64,000 bases of DNA, taken from NCBI GenBank assembly GCA_030693325.1, contig JAUYAV010000011.1, forward strand, positions 109,603-173,602, written 5' to 3'. The notes beneath the pieces are model-generated. The model had not been told where the DNA came from. It was given only the letters and a program-made list of their open reading frames with translations, and did no database searches. This DNA is from a bacterium. GTDB lineage: Bacteria; Patescibacteriota; Minisyncoccia; UBA6257; MFKM01. The stretch's first letter is position 1. The number at the start of each line of letters is the position of its first letter. This document shows positions 39,541-48,717 of this stretch, in pieces. The position numbers and the translations under genes were made by a program.

Positions 39541-40566
39541 CTACGCCTCCTTAATTAAAGTATAACGATTATCGGGCAATTTCTCAAAGTAACGCTTATT
39601 CGAAAGATTCAAGAGAATGGTGTTTTCGCGAAGAAACCGTTCTTTTCGGACCAAGGCAACAATTTTTTGAGCATCAAGAGACCCGTGTTTTTTTAGAATC
39701 CGGATCAAAACCTCCCGTGCTGTTCCCGGCTCATAACCCTGTTCTTTCAAACCGTAAATTCCCCGCCCCACCAAAACAAAACGATTGTCTTTAATTAACT
39801 CATTATGAACCGTCTGGGGGTAGGCCTTTTTGTGGTCAAAAGCCAAATTATTGATTTTTTGGGTAAGTTCCCTAAAATGCAGGGGCTGGCTGTGTTTTTT
39901 GATAACCAAATATGCCTTGTCGCTGATGACTCTGGGATTGATTTCCGGCCAATGACTCAAGCCGAAATCTCCGAAAACATTAACATCAAAATTTTTTGAT
40001 AAGGACAAATAATTAACGGCGGATAAATCTTCAAAACGAGCCAAATGAATTTTTTTGTCAATTATTTTTTCCGGACCGAATTTTTCGCAAAAATCCGCAA
40101 CTTCTCTGATTTTTTTCAAAGCTTTATTTTTGATTTCTTCCTGAAGATACCAAAAATCGTGCATAGTTTCATCCGCTTCCGAAAACTTCGGCTCGCCATT
40201 CAAAGTAAAAATAAATCGCAATTTGCGCTCAAAAAATTTCGGCCAATTTTCTTTAGCGGTCAGATGTTTTAATTCCTGGATTAAAAGGTCATCGCGTTTC
40301 AAACCGCCGGCGGAAACCAAATGGTTTTTCACCGGTTCTATTAAATTGCTCACTTCCTCTTTGTTAAGATAACTTTTTAATTTCTCCATCCCCTGGTTTT
40401 CGATTTGTCTCACTCTTTCGCGGGTGATGTTAAAACTATCCCCGATTTCCTGGAGAGTTTTTCCTTCGCCGTCTCTCAAACCGAATCTTTCAATCAAAAT
40501 TTCCCGTTGGCGTTTTTCCAAACGGGCTAAAAGATTGTTTGTAAAATTGTCTAATTCTTTAACCAT
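39541..40566 (-). CDS. Sigma-70 region-4-like HTH fused to C-terminal HARE-HTH-like domain (transcription-associated)
   Basis: N-terminus LEKRQREILIERFGL..GEGKTLQEIGDSFNITRERVRQIENQGMEKLK resembles sigma70_r4. C-terminus HFRELTQKIN...VHNELIKDNRFVLVGRGIYGL is HARE-HTH-like. Confidence 0.5.
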   Translation of the reverse strand: MVKELDNFTNNLLARLEKRQREILIERFGLRDGEGKTLQEIGDSFNITRERVRQIENQGMEKLKSYLNKEEVSNLIEPVKNHLVSAGGLKRDDLLIQELKHLTAKENWPKFFERKLRFIFTLNGEPKFSEADETMHDFWYLQEEIKNKALKKIREVADFCEKFGPEKIIDKKIHLARFEDLSAVNYLSLSKNFDVNVFGDFGLSHWPEINPRVISDKAYLVIKKHSQPLHFRELTQKINNLAFDHKKAYPQTVHNELIKDNRFVLVGRGIYGLKEQGYEPGTAREVLIRILKKHGSLDAQKIVALVRKERFLRENTILLNLSNKRYFEKLPDNRYTLIKEA

Positions 40567-40614
40567 ATTAAATAATTTACTACTATGGTAAAGAATACCA
40601 CTTCTAAAAAAAAA

Positions 40615-40910
40615 GTCAACCCCGTTAGAAACCTTTGGCGAAAAAGAATTTTAGGCGATTTTTTAAGTATCTTCTACCCATTCCCGATTTAAGATATTTT
40701 TCTCTGGCTCGAGCATCTTGTTTATTTAAAGAAACCTCACAATAAATAAGCTTCCAGGGTATACCATATTTTGTAGATTTATTCTTGCCTGAATTATGCC
40801 TTAAAATTCTTTTTCGCAAATCCTTGGTTGAGCCAATATACCAATGCCCCTTTTGATTTTGTAAGACATAGACGTACCACATAAGCAGGTTTCTAACGGG
40901 GTCAACCCCG
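40615..40910. mobile_element. Compact GIY-YIG mini-element (about 300 bp) bounded by terminal inverted repeats gtcaaccccgttagaaacctttggc / ggtttctaacggggtcaaccccg
   Basis: 13-bp perfect TIR core ccccgttagaaac/gtttctaacgggg. The GIY-YIG ORF fills the element and its stop codon lies inside the left IR. The right IR overlaps the stop of the upstream CaCA gene. The deleted derivative is at 17011..17149. Confidence 0.6.
40625..40882 (-). CDS. GIY-YIG nuclease family protein (about 85 aa; the track ORF extends to 40933 through the right IR)
   Basis: VYVLQNQKGHWYIGSTKDLRKRILRHN...ARAREKYLKS matches the GIY-YIG motif pattern (GIY...YIG...R...E). Confidence 0.7.
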   Translation of the reverse strand: MWYVYVLQNQKGHWYIGSTKDLRKRILRHNSGKNKSTKYGIPWKLIYCEVSLNKQDARAREKYLKSGMGRRYLKNRLKFFFAKGF

Positions 40911-41867
40911 TAAAAATAATGCGGCCAAAACAAAAGCGATATAAATCAAAATAAGAAAAAAGGCCTCTCTTTTAGTGATTTGGCGGTCAGTGCGGACAAA
41001 AAAGAAGAAAAAGAGAGCGGAAATCATCACAAAAAATCCGGCAACCGCAAGGGGCGCAAAATTCAAAATTTTAATTGGAGAAATCAAAGCCACTGTTCCC
41101 AAAATTAGAGTTGCCGGCACTATCACCGCTCCCATCAAATCTCCCAAAATCATCCAGGTCTCGTCTCTTTTGGCCGAAACAACGGCAAAATAAATTTCGG
41201 GCAAGGCGCTGCCAAAACCGGTAATTAAAAGACCAATTAAAACTAAGGGCACCTTAAAAGTTAAAGCAAAAAATTGGGCCGAGGCCACAATCCCCTGAGC
41301 CGAAATCACCAAAAGAATTATTCCTAAAACTAATTTCCCTATATCTTTAAAAAAAGTTTTTAATTCTTTAACGAAAGGTTTTTTATGTTCATCATAAATT
41401 TTAGTGAATCTTTCTTTTTTGCTAAAAAGCCAGAAGAGATAAAAAACAAAAAAGGCAATCAGTAATAGCCCATCTATCCTTGAGAGTTCGCCGTCAAAAA
41501 TTAAAAACAAAGGCAAAAGCGCCGCGGCGATGGTGAAAATTGAAGTGGTTTGCACCGTTCGGCTTTCGGCCGGAATGGATTTTCCTTTAGCAAACAAAAC
41601 CGCCAAAGCCACGGCCAAAGTCAAAGCAATTATATTATTCCCGACAACATCGCCGAAAGAGAGTTGTGGGGTCCCTTTTAAAGCCGAGGTCACCCCGATA
41701 AAAAGGTTGGGTAAGGAAGCGGCAAAAGCCATCACGAAAAAGGCGACGACAAATTCCCGCCAACCCAGGAATCTGGCCATTCTCATTAATCCTCCAACAA
41801 CCCACTCACCGGAGAAATAAAGCAAAACGCAGCAAATCGCAAAAATTAAAATAAAAAACCAAATCAT
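40902..41867 (-). CDS. Na+/Ca2+ exchanger family (CaCA) membrane protein
   Basis: Two alpha-repeat motifs GDVVGNNIIALTLAVAL and GFGSALPEIYFAVVSAK. Confidence 0.75.
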   Translation of the reverse strand: MIWFFILIFAICCVLLYFSGEWVVGGLMRMARFLGWREFVVAFFVMAFAASLPNLFIGVTSALKGTPQLSFGDVVGNNIIALTLAVALAVLFAKGKSIPAESRTVQTTSIFTIAAALLPLFLIFDGELSRIDGLLLIAFFVFYLFWLFSKKERFTKIYDEHKKPFVKELKTFFKDIGKLVLGIILLVISAQGIVASAQFFALTFKVPLVLIGLLITGFGSALPEIYFAVVSAKRDETWMILGDLMGAVIVPATLILGTVALISPIKILNFAPLAVAGFFVMISALFFFFFVRTDRQITKREAFFLILIYIAFVLAALFLRG

Positions 41868-41868
41868 A

Positions 41869-44547
41869 TTATATTTTTGCCTGCCCCGCAGACTCCAACG
41901 CCATGTCGGAATCCTTCGAGGATTTTATTTTAAAATACCATTTTGTGATTTCAATTAAAACCATATTTATCATCCCCAATCCCAAAAGCAGCATCCAGTC
42001 GAAAAGATTTAAGGGCACGGTTTTTAATAAATTTTGGAAGAAAGGAAAATAAATGGCCAAAATCAACATCCCAATACTGAAAATCATACAGCCGACCAAA
42101 TATAAATTGGAAAATGGGTTGTACTGCCAAATATTTTTTCTTAAATTTTTACAGGAGAAAGCGTAAAAAACGGAATCAATGGCTAAAGCGGCAAAAATTA
42201 TGGTTCGGATTTCAGCTAATGGTACTCTACGACTCAAAAGCCATAAAAATACCCCCAGGAGAATAAAGCTAGTAAAGATGCCGAAACCAAAAATTATTGT
42301 CTTCATCTGACGGGTTAAAAGCGGAAGGTTTGGGTGTTCCGGTTTTCTCCCCATAACAGCTTCCTCTTTCGGTTCAAAGGCCAAAGCAATCCCTTGAGGG
42401 CTACCCTCAATTAAATTCTCCCACAAAATTTGAGTGGGAAGAATCGGCAAAGGCAATCCCGCGATAATACTCGCGCCGATTAAAATTATTTCAGAAAAAC
42501 ATTGAGAAACCAACAAAGTGGCCGTCTTTCTTATATTATCAATAATCACCCGGCCTTCTTCAACCGCGGCGACGATGATTGAAAAATTATCGGTTAAAAG
42601 AATTAAATCAGAGGCCCCTTTTGCCACATCCGTCCCAGAGCCGAGAGCCACCCCAATGTCGGCTTTTTTAAGAGCCGGAGCGTCATTTATTCCATCGCCG
42701 GTCATAGCTACCACTTCTCCCATTTCCTGCCAGGCCTTAACAATTCTTAATTTCTGAGCCGGTTCCACTCGGGCGTAAATTTCAATCTCTTTTAATCTCC
42801 TTTTAAACTCTTCCTCGCTTAATTTTTCCAATTCGCTTCCTTCAATAATATTTTTCTCCTCCGTGGAAAATCCCAGTTCCTCCGCGATCGCTTTAGCGGT
42901 TAACTTGTGGTCGCCCGTTACGATAATCGGCCTCATTCCGGCTTTTCGGCAAATCTTAATCGCCTCTTTGACTTCTTTCCGAATTGGGTCATGAAGAGTA
43001 ATAAAAGCCACGAAGGTCATTTCCTGAAAATCGGAATCTTGGATATTACTGCCGGACGCCGGCAACATTTTATAAGCGCATCCCAAAACACGGGAACCGC
43101 GGGAAGCCAGTTCGTCAATTTTTTGCGAAAGCTGTGATGATTTCGCTTCCGCCAATTTTGACATTTTTAAAATTATTTCCGGCGCTCCCAAAATATATAA
43201 AACATTGGCTTCGTTTGAATAATGATGAAGGGCTGCCGAATATTTATAAACCGGGTCAAAAAAAACCTCGTCAAGTTTTGGCTGTTTTTCTTCAAGCTCT
43301 TTTTTTGAAAATCCGGCCTGAATGCCCGCCAAAAGCAAAGATTTCTCCATCGGCCTCCCCCGAATAATCCATCTATGAAGTTCATCTTCCGGATTTTCAA
43401 TAAAGGCCTCGGTGCAAAACATTCCGATTTTTAAAGCCAAAATATGGGACTCGGAACCGTTTTTGTTAATTGTTTCCGAAAATTTTTTGCCATCGCTGAA
43501 AAGTTCTTTACTCTCGGTAAAAATCCCCGCCACCTGCATTTTCGCTTCGGTAAGAGTGCCGGTTTTGTCGGTACAAATAACCGAAGTGCTGCCCAAGGTT
43601 TCAGCCGCGACCATTTTTCTGACCAAGCCCCGCTTTTTTAAAATTCTTTGCATTCCGATGGCTAAAATAACAGTGACTGCCACCGGCAAGCCCTGGGGAA
43701 TAGCCGCCACGGCTACGGCCACGGCCGTCAAAAACATCTCAAATACTTCTCGGCCAACCGCGAGTCCTAAAACAAAGATTAAAAGCGAGAGAAAAACTAT
43801 AGAAATTCCGATGATTTTGCTTAAATGAATTACTTTTTTCTGATAAGGCGTTTTTTCTTCTTTAGCTCCCCTGATCATTTCCGCCACCTTGCCGATTTCC
43901 GTTTTTAATCCGGTTTCGGTTACTATTACTTTTCCCCTGCCGTCTTCGATCACGCAGCCCATAAAGACCATATTGTCCCGGTCAGCCAATGGCGTTTTCT
44001 CCGGCAAAACTTCGATAATTTTTTCGGACGGAAACCATTCCCCAGTCAAAGGGGCTTCGTTGATTTTTAAATTAAAAGATTCAATCAATCTTCCGTCAGC
44101 CGGAATCTTGTTTCCCGGATATAATAAGATAATGTCGCCCGGCGCTAATTCTTCCTGGCCAATTTCTTTTTCATCGCCGTCTCTGATGACATAGGCCTTG
44201 ATTTTTGTTAATTTTTTTAGTTCCGATAAAATTTTTGAAGTTTTATTCTCTTGAAAAAATCCAAAAATGGTATTTAAAAAAACCGCGCCGAAAATAACAA
44301 CGGCATCGGTAAACTCTCTCAAAACTAAAGTAATAATGCCAGCGATGACTAAAATATAAATTAATGGGCTTTTTAATTGCTCCAAAAATATTTTTAGTTT
44401 AGATAAGGGCTTTTCTTCCGGAAGGTTATTGAAGCCGAATTCCTTCTGCCTGATTTTTACTTCTTCTTCCGATAAACCAAAACGTGGGTCGCTTCTAAAA
44501 TTTTTAACAACCTCGTCAACTGAAAGAGTATGCCAATTTTTTATCAT
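41869..44547 (-). CDS. P-type cation-transporting ATPase (Ca2+-ATPase-like, P2 type)
   Basis: CTDKTGTLT phosphorylation motif, TGDHKLTA, VAMTGDGINDAPALKKADIGVALG, 10 TM layout. Confidence 0.88.
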   Translation of the reverse strand: MIKNWHTLSVDEVVKNFRSDPRFGLSEEEVKIRQKEFGFNNLPEEKPLSKLKIFLEQLKSPLIYILVIAGIITLVLREFTDAVVIFGAVFLNTIFGFFQENKTSKILSELKKLTKIKAYVIRDGDEKEIGQEELAPGDIILLYPGNKIPADGRLIESFNLKINEAPLTGEWFPSEKIIEVLPEKTPLADRDNMVFMGCVIEDGRGKVIVTETGLKTEIGKVAEMIRGAKEEKTPYQKKVIHLSKIIGISIVFLSLLIFVLGLAVGREVFEMFLTAVAVAVAAIPQGLPVAVTVILAIGMQRILKKRGLVRKMVAAETLGSTSVICTDKTGTLTEAKMQVAGIFTESKELFSDGKKFSETINKNGSESHILALKIGMFCTEAFIENPEDELHRWIIRGRPMEKSLLLAGIQAGFSKKELEEKQPKLDEVFFDPVYKYSAALHHYSNEANVLYILGAPEIILKMSKLAEAKSSQLSQKIDELASRGSRVLGCAYKMLPASGSNIQDSDFQEMTFVAFITLHDPIRKEVKEAIKICRKAGMRPIIVTGDHKLTAKAIAEELGFSTEEKNIIEGSELEKLSEEEFKRRLKEIEIYARVEPAQKLRIVKAWQEMGEVVAMTGDGINDAPALKKADIGVALGSGTDVAKGASDLILLTDNFSIIVAAVEEGRVIIDNIRKTATLLVSQCFSEIILIGASIIAGLPLPILPTQILWENLIEGSPQGIALAFEPKEEAVMGRKPEHPNLPLLTRQMKTIIFGFGIFTSFILLGVFLWLLSRRVPLAEIRTIIFAALAIDSVFYAFSCKNLRKNIWQYNPFSNLYLVGCMIFSIGMLILAIYFPFFQNLLKTVPLNLFDWMLLLGLGMINMVLIEITKWYFKIKSSKDSDMALESAGQAKI

Positions 44548-45449
44548 TTCTTATTCTTATGATGCCATATATACAAAAGAGGGCTGGCGATAAAAATTGA
44601 AGAATAGGTGCCGACAATAATTCCCAGCATCAAAGTCAGCATGAAATATTTCAGGGAAAGCGGCCCGATTAAATAAAGGGGCAATATCGCTAAAACTGTC
44701 GTCAAAGAAGTAATGACCGAGCGGCTGAAAGTTTGCATGACGGCTGAATTAATCACGCCGCCGAAATCAAAATTTCCTTTGTTGTGGGTCAAAAACAAAT
44801 TTTCCCTTATCCGGTCAAAAACAACGATGGTGTCATTAATCGAATAGCCTAAAATAAACATAAGAGCAACGATAAAATTAGTATCTATCTCTACGCCCTG
44901 GCGCCAACCCAAAAAAGCCATTACGCCAAAAGGAACAATAACGTCGTGGAAAGCGCAAAAGATGACAATAAATCCGTATTTCCAGGCTTTAACCGGATAG
45001 GAAACCCTTCTAAAAGCCCAAGCTATGTAAAGCAGGACGCTTAATAATCCGAGAGCAAATGCCCAAATAAATTTTTGTCTCAATTCCTGGCCGATGGTCG
45101 GACCGATGCTTTCAAAACTTTGTTCCCCGACTTCCCCGAACTTTTCTTTCAATGCTTGATAATATTTTTGATGATCCTCCTCGGAAATGCTCGGAAATCT
45201 TACAATGAAATTCCCGTCGGGCAAAGATTTGACCATCAAATCGGAATAGCCCGATATTTCTCCCAAAGCCGATTTTAAATCGCCGCCCCTGACTGCTTGA
45301 TTTTGTATCTGAATCTGCCAATTAGTGCCGCCAACCAAATCAATCCCCTGCTTAACGCCGAAAAAGAAAAAGGCGAAAATACTGGCCGAAATCAAAATGC
45401 CGGAAAAGATGAAAAAAATATTGCGATATTTAATAATGTCTATTTTCAT
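44544..45449 (-). CDS. secF: Protein translocase subunit SecF
   Basis: SecD/SecF C-terminal 6-TM domain (FDFGGVINSAVMQTFSRSVITSLTTVLAILPLYLIG). Confidence 0.88.
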   Translation of the reverse strand: MKIDIIKYRNIFFIFSGILISASIFAFFFFGVKQGIDLVGGTNWQIQIQNQAVRGGDLKSALGEISGYSDLMVKSLPDGNFIVRFPSISEEDHQKYYQALKEKFGEVGEQSFESIGPTIGQELRQKFIWAFALGLLSVLLYIAWAFRRVSYPVKAWKYGFIVIFCAFHDVIVPFGVMAFLGWRQGVEIDTNFIVALMFILGYSINDTIVVFDRIRENLFLTHNKGNFDFGGVINSAVMQTFSRSVITSLTTVLAILPLYLIGPLSLKYFMLTLMLGIIVGTYSSIFIASPLLYIWHHKNKK

Positions 45450-46756
45450 TTATTTTTTGGTTCCTTCACAAATATCTCCAATAACGACTTGGTGACCGTG
45501 ATGGCCGAAAACATGCTCATCAAAACGCCGATAAAAAGCGTCAGGGCGAATCCTTTGACAAAACTGGTTGTAAAATAAAACAGAATCACGGCGATAATGA
45601 TAGTTGTGATATTGGAATCTCTGATGGACGGCCAGGCGCGGCGGAATCCTTCTTCAACCGCCGCTCTTTTTGATAGACCCTTTTTCAATTCTTCTTTCAT
45701 CCTGGCAAAAATCAGAACATTGGCGTCAACCGCCATTCCGATTGAAAGGATGAAGCCGGCGATGCCCGCCAAAGTCAAAGTTACGGGGATAACTTTGAAA
45801 ATACCCAAAGTCAAAACCGCGTAAATTATCAGCGCCAACGAAGATACCAATCCGAGACCCCGGTAAAACCCAATCATAAGCAAAATCACCAAAATAAAGC
45901 CGATAAGGCCGCTTAAAATTGTTTTATTCAAAGAATCAAAACCCAAGCTGGCGCCAATGGTCTGCTGGCTTAACAATTTAATAGGCGCGGGCAGGGCGCC
46001 GGCGTTAAACCTCTCCACTAATTTTCGGGCGGAATCAGGAGTAAAATTTCCGGAAATCTGGGCTTTGCCACCGCTGATTTTTTCTTTAACAGTCGGCATC
46101 TCAATGGGCTGATTATCCAAAAAAATTGCCAGGGGTTTGCCGATATTCCGGCCGGTCAAATCTTCAAAAATTTTCGCGCCTTCGTCAGTAAAGGTAATAT
46201 CAACCACGGGTTTGCCTAAATTATCAAAATTCACCTGAGCGCTTTTGACATAGCGGCCGGTTAAAGTGGTGGGAATAAATTTATAATTTGAATCTTCGCC
46301 GGCAAATTGTCCGGTGCTGGTCGCGGTTGCGGCTACCGGCTGTATTTCCACTTCACGAAAATCCAAAAGCGGCGTCTCGCCGATCATTTTAATGGCTTGA
46401 TTAATGTCTTTGATGCCGGCCAACTCCACGATTAAGCGCTGGTCTGCTCCGGCTTTGGCGATATAAATCTGCGGCTCGCTAACACCAAAAAGATTAACCC
46501 TTTTTTCAATGACGTCCCGCAACCCGTTCACCACCGAATCCCGGTCCGTGGCCGCCACTTGAGCTAAATCAATGTTGTAAGTCAAAATACTGCCGCCCAC
46601 CAAATCCAGGCCCAGGCGCCAATCGCGGCTGAAAACCGGAGGCAAGTGGATTTTAGAAACCACCTTTGACCAAACCGGTTGATAATCAAAAAATCCGGCT
46701 ACAATCGCCAGTAAGATTATGAATATAACGTATGTCGGAAATTTATTTTTCTTCAT
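45446..46756 (-). CDS. secD: Protein translocase subunit SecD
   Basis: LGLDLVGGSILTY...periplasmic domain...GFRRAWPSIRDSNITTIIIAVILF; overlaps secF by 4 nt. Confidence 0.88.
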   Translation of the reverse strand: MKKNKFPTYVIFIILLAIVAGFFDYQPVWSKVVSKIHLPPVFSRDWRLGLDLVGGSILTYNIDLAQVAATDRDSVVNGLRDVIEKRVNLFGVSEPQIYIAKAGADQRLIVELAGIKDINQAIKMIGETPLLDFREVEIQPVAATATSTGQFAGEDSNYKFIPTTLTGRYVKSAQVNFDNLGKPVVDITFTDEGAKIFEDLTGRNIGKPLAIFLDNQPIEMPTVKEKISGGKAQISGNFTPDSARKLVERFNAGALPAPIKLLSQQTIGASLGFDSLNKTILSGLIGFILVILLMIGFYRGLGLVSSLALIIYAVLTLGIFKVIPVTLTLAGIAGFILSIGMAVDANVLIFARMKEELKKGLSKRAAVEEGFRRAWPSIRDSNITTIIIAVILFYFTTSFVKGFALTLFIGVLMSMFSAITVTKSLLEIFVKEPKNK

Positions 46757-46851
46757 TGTCTAAAATTAATTATCGCGCAGGTTAAGTATTTATTATCTAT
46801 AGTTAGAGATTAAGAGTCAAGCAACTTAATAAAGATAATTTTTCCGCCGAC

Positions 46852-46879
46852 TTGACAAAATAATTTAATTTGTTATAAT
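46852..46879 (+). promoter_or_regulatory. Near-consensus sigma-70 promoter (TTGACA-N16-TATAAT)
   Basis: cttgacaaaataatttaatttgttataatg. Confidence 0.55.
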
Positions 46880-46898
46880 GATAATATTAATTAAAGGA

Positions 46899-46920
46899 CT
46901 TTCGGTTGGCCAACTGAAAG
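46899..46920 (+). promoter_or_regulatory. 5'-UTR hairpin with TGGTTGGCCAAC loop motif (ctttc-ggttggccaact-gaaag); a related hairpin lies at 47396..47421 in the 3' UTR
   Basis: Both hairpins present the near-identical loop tggttggccaRc. A second GC hairpin gagggctgtccttatagaactgcggccctc follows in the leader. Confidence 0.4.
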
Positions 46921-46998
46921 CAGTAAACAAAACGAGGGCTGTCCTTATAGAACTGCGGCCCTCAATAATGTTCTTTAACAACAGCAAAAGGAGATAAG

Positions 46999-47385
46999 AT
47001 GTTAAAAAAGAGAAGTCGTGCAAAGAGAATTTGCAGATGGAGAGAAAAAGAGAAAAATTGTAAGACGGTGAAAAAATGTAAAACGATTTTAACGTCTTAT
47101 AATAAGGAACCTTATTGCTTCGCGCATCAAAAAAAAGCGTTGATGGATGAAGCAATGAAAACCAATTTTAAATTGCTGAAAGAATCAAAAAAATTTGCGC
47201 AAATCAGCAGTTGGGTAGAAGATTGGAAAAAATTAAGGCATTTTAAGCAAACACCTCCAACTCTTTTGCTTTGCCAGAGGAAAAATAAAAGCAAGCAATG
47301 CATTGAATATGCTGTTTTTGCCAAAACATCAGAAAAAGGCGTTGAGCTTAAAAAACTGAAATTGGCAAAAAAGATACAATTCTAA
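46999..47385 (+). CDS. Hypothetical small Lys/Arg-rich protein with multiple Cys (128 aa)
   Basis: SD aaaaggag 6 nt upstream. RICRW..NCKTVKKCKT..YCFAH Cys cluster. Strong promoter and terminator. Confidence 0.5.
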   Translation: MLKKRSRAKRICRWREKEKNCKTVKKCKTILTSYNKEPYCFAHQKKALMDEAMKTNFKLLKESKKFAQISSWVEDWKKLRHFKQTPPTLLLCQRKNKSKQCIEYAVFAKTSEKGVELKKLKLAKKIQF

Positions 47386-47427
47386 AAAACTACGGACTAT
47401 TGGTTGGCCAGCCGATAGTTCATAAAC

Positions 47428-47468
47428 AAAACCCCGCTTCTATTTAATAATTAGAGCGGGGTTTTTTA
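47428..47468 (+). terminator. Rho-independent terminator
   Basis: aaaaccccgcttctatttaataattagagcggggtttttt. Confidence 0.75.
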
Positions 47469-47521
47469 ATTTCTGTTTTAATTTAAAATTCGCCTTTTAT
47501 GTCAAAATTACACTACTATTG

Positions 47522-47594
47522 TGCGCCCAGAGGGATTCGAACCCCCGACCATCTCCTTAAAAGGGAGCTGCTCTACCAACTGAGCTATGGGCGC
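47522..47594 (-). tRNA. tRNA-Lys (anticodon UUU), no encoded CCA
   Basis: Reverse complement GCGCCCA-UA-GCUC-AGUUGGUA-GAGC-A-GCUCC-CUUUUAA-GGAGA-UGGUC-GGGGG-UUCGAAU-CCCUC-UGGGCGC-A; cloverleaf intact apart from one 27:43 mismatch. Confidence 0.88.
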
Positions 47595-47651
47595 ATGAGC
47601 TACGGACGAATTTTTATATTATACACTACCGTTTTAATTTTCAAAATATAA

Positions 47652-47693
47652 TTTACTATTGTAATTCTGCGATCGTGGAATTACAATAGTAAA
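47652..47693. repeat. 42-bp palindrome (copy 3 of 3; 2 mismatches in the left arm), 58 nt from tRNA-Lys
   Basis: tttactattgtaattctgcgatcgtggaattacaatagtaaa. Confidence 0.75.
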
Positions 47694-47786
47694 TTGTTTT
47701 CATCCGGTTCTGCTTGGTTTTCCTTACCAACAAACAAAAATAGTTTGAAGTATTGATTTTTTATAGATATTTTCGAGATGAAGCTT

Positions 47787-48269
47787 TCATAGTTCCATTC
47801 TTAAGGTTTCCGGCAAATATTTATTCTTTGGATATTTTTTTATTCCAGCTTTAACAAATCCGCATTTCTCGTAAGCTTTGATGGCTCTTAAATTCGTGGG
47901 GCGAACCTCAAGAAAAATTTTTGAAATGCCGAGTTGTTCCGCTTTTTTTATAAGTATTTGAATAGTTTTTGTGCCATAACCTTTATTCCAATATTTTTTC
48001 TCTCCGATAACGATTTGGGTCTCATGCCATTTATTATTTCTTTTTACCAACGAAATATGGCCGATAGCTTTTTTATTTAAAGTTAATATAAAGTTGTAAT
48101 CGGTTTTACTATTTAAAATATTCAGAAAATATTTTTCCACTTTTTTGTCCGAGATTGAATCTAAAATACCGCTTGTTAATTTAAGCAGTTCCTTATTTCT
48201 CCACCATTTTGCGAAATATTTTTTATCTGTTTTTTTAATTTTTCTTAAAAAGAATTTGGGCATATACAA
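47787..48269 (-). CDS. GNAT family N-acetyltransferase
   Basis: Acetyl-CoA motif block ...QIVIGEKKYWNKGYGTKTIQILIKKAEQLGISKIFLEV. Confidence 0.75.
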   Translation of the reverse strand: MYMPKFFLRKIKKTDKKYFAKWWRNKELLKLTSGILDSISDKKVEKYFLNILNSKTDYNFILTLNKKAIGHISLVKRNNKWHETQIVIGEKKYWNKGYGTKTIQILIKKAEQLGISKIFLEVRPTNLRAIKAYEKCGFVKAGIKKYPKNKYLPETLRMEL

Positions 48270-48429
48270 TTATTATATAAGTTTTTTCACGATATTTTTG
48301 AATATTTTTTTACTATGGATAGCTATGTTTTACAATTTATATTGTGGGAATATGGTTTTTAATTTTGTTTCAATGAAAAACAAATCAACTATCCCTTCCA
48401 TTTGTTTATAATTCAATTTTAATTTTACT

Positions 48430-48717
48430 CTACTCGCCTTTACGATTAGACTCGTATTCAATTTTTTCAATCATGCCGTGGGGAATATATAAAAAAGTAG
48501 CCTTTCTTTTTTTCTGCTCGCGTGAGTCCCTTTTTCTGTCATCCACAGTGATAGTGCGCGGATTCTGTACTATCACCCATTCCGCACCTTCTTTAAATAG
48601 AATACCCTCTGTTACTTTACGCGTTGGTTTCAGTTCTAATTTTTGAGGCACTGATGAAGCAGAATAAATAACCGCGTCTATCCAATGCACTTTCACATTC
48701 TTTAATTTATTCTCCAT
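48430..48717 (-). CDS. Hypothetical small protein (95 aa), tandem paralogue of 48707..49006
   Basis: Shares with its neighbour the pattern V(H/W)W.DA.YS...L.P......G..........N......D......I...P....V.K (KVHWIDAVIYSASS versus AVWWHDAAYSYEE). Confidence 0.45.
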   Translation of the reverse strand: MENKLKNVKVHWIDAVIYSASSVPQKLELKPTRKVTEGILFKEGAEWVIVQNPRTITVDDRKRDSREQKKRKATFLYIPHGMIEKIEYESNRKGE

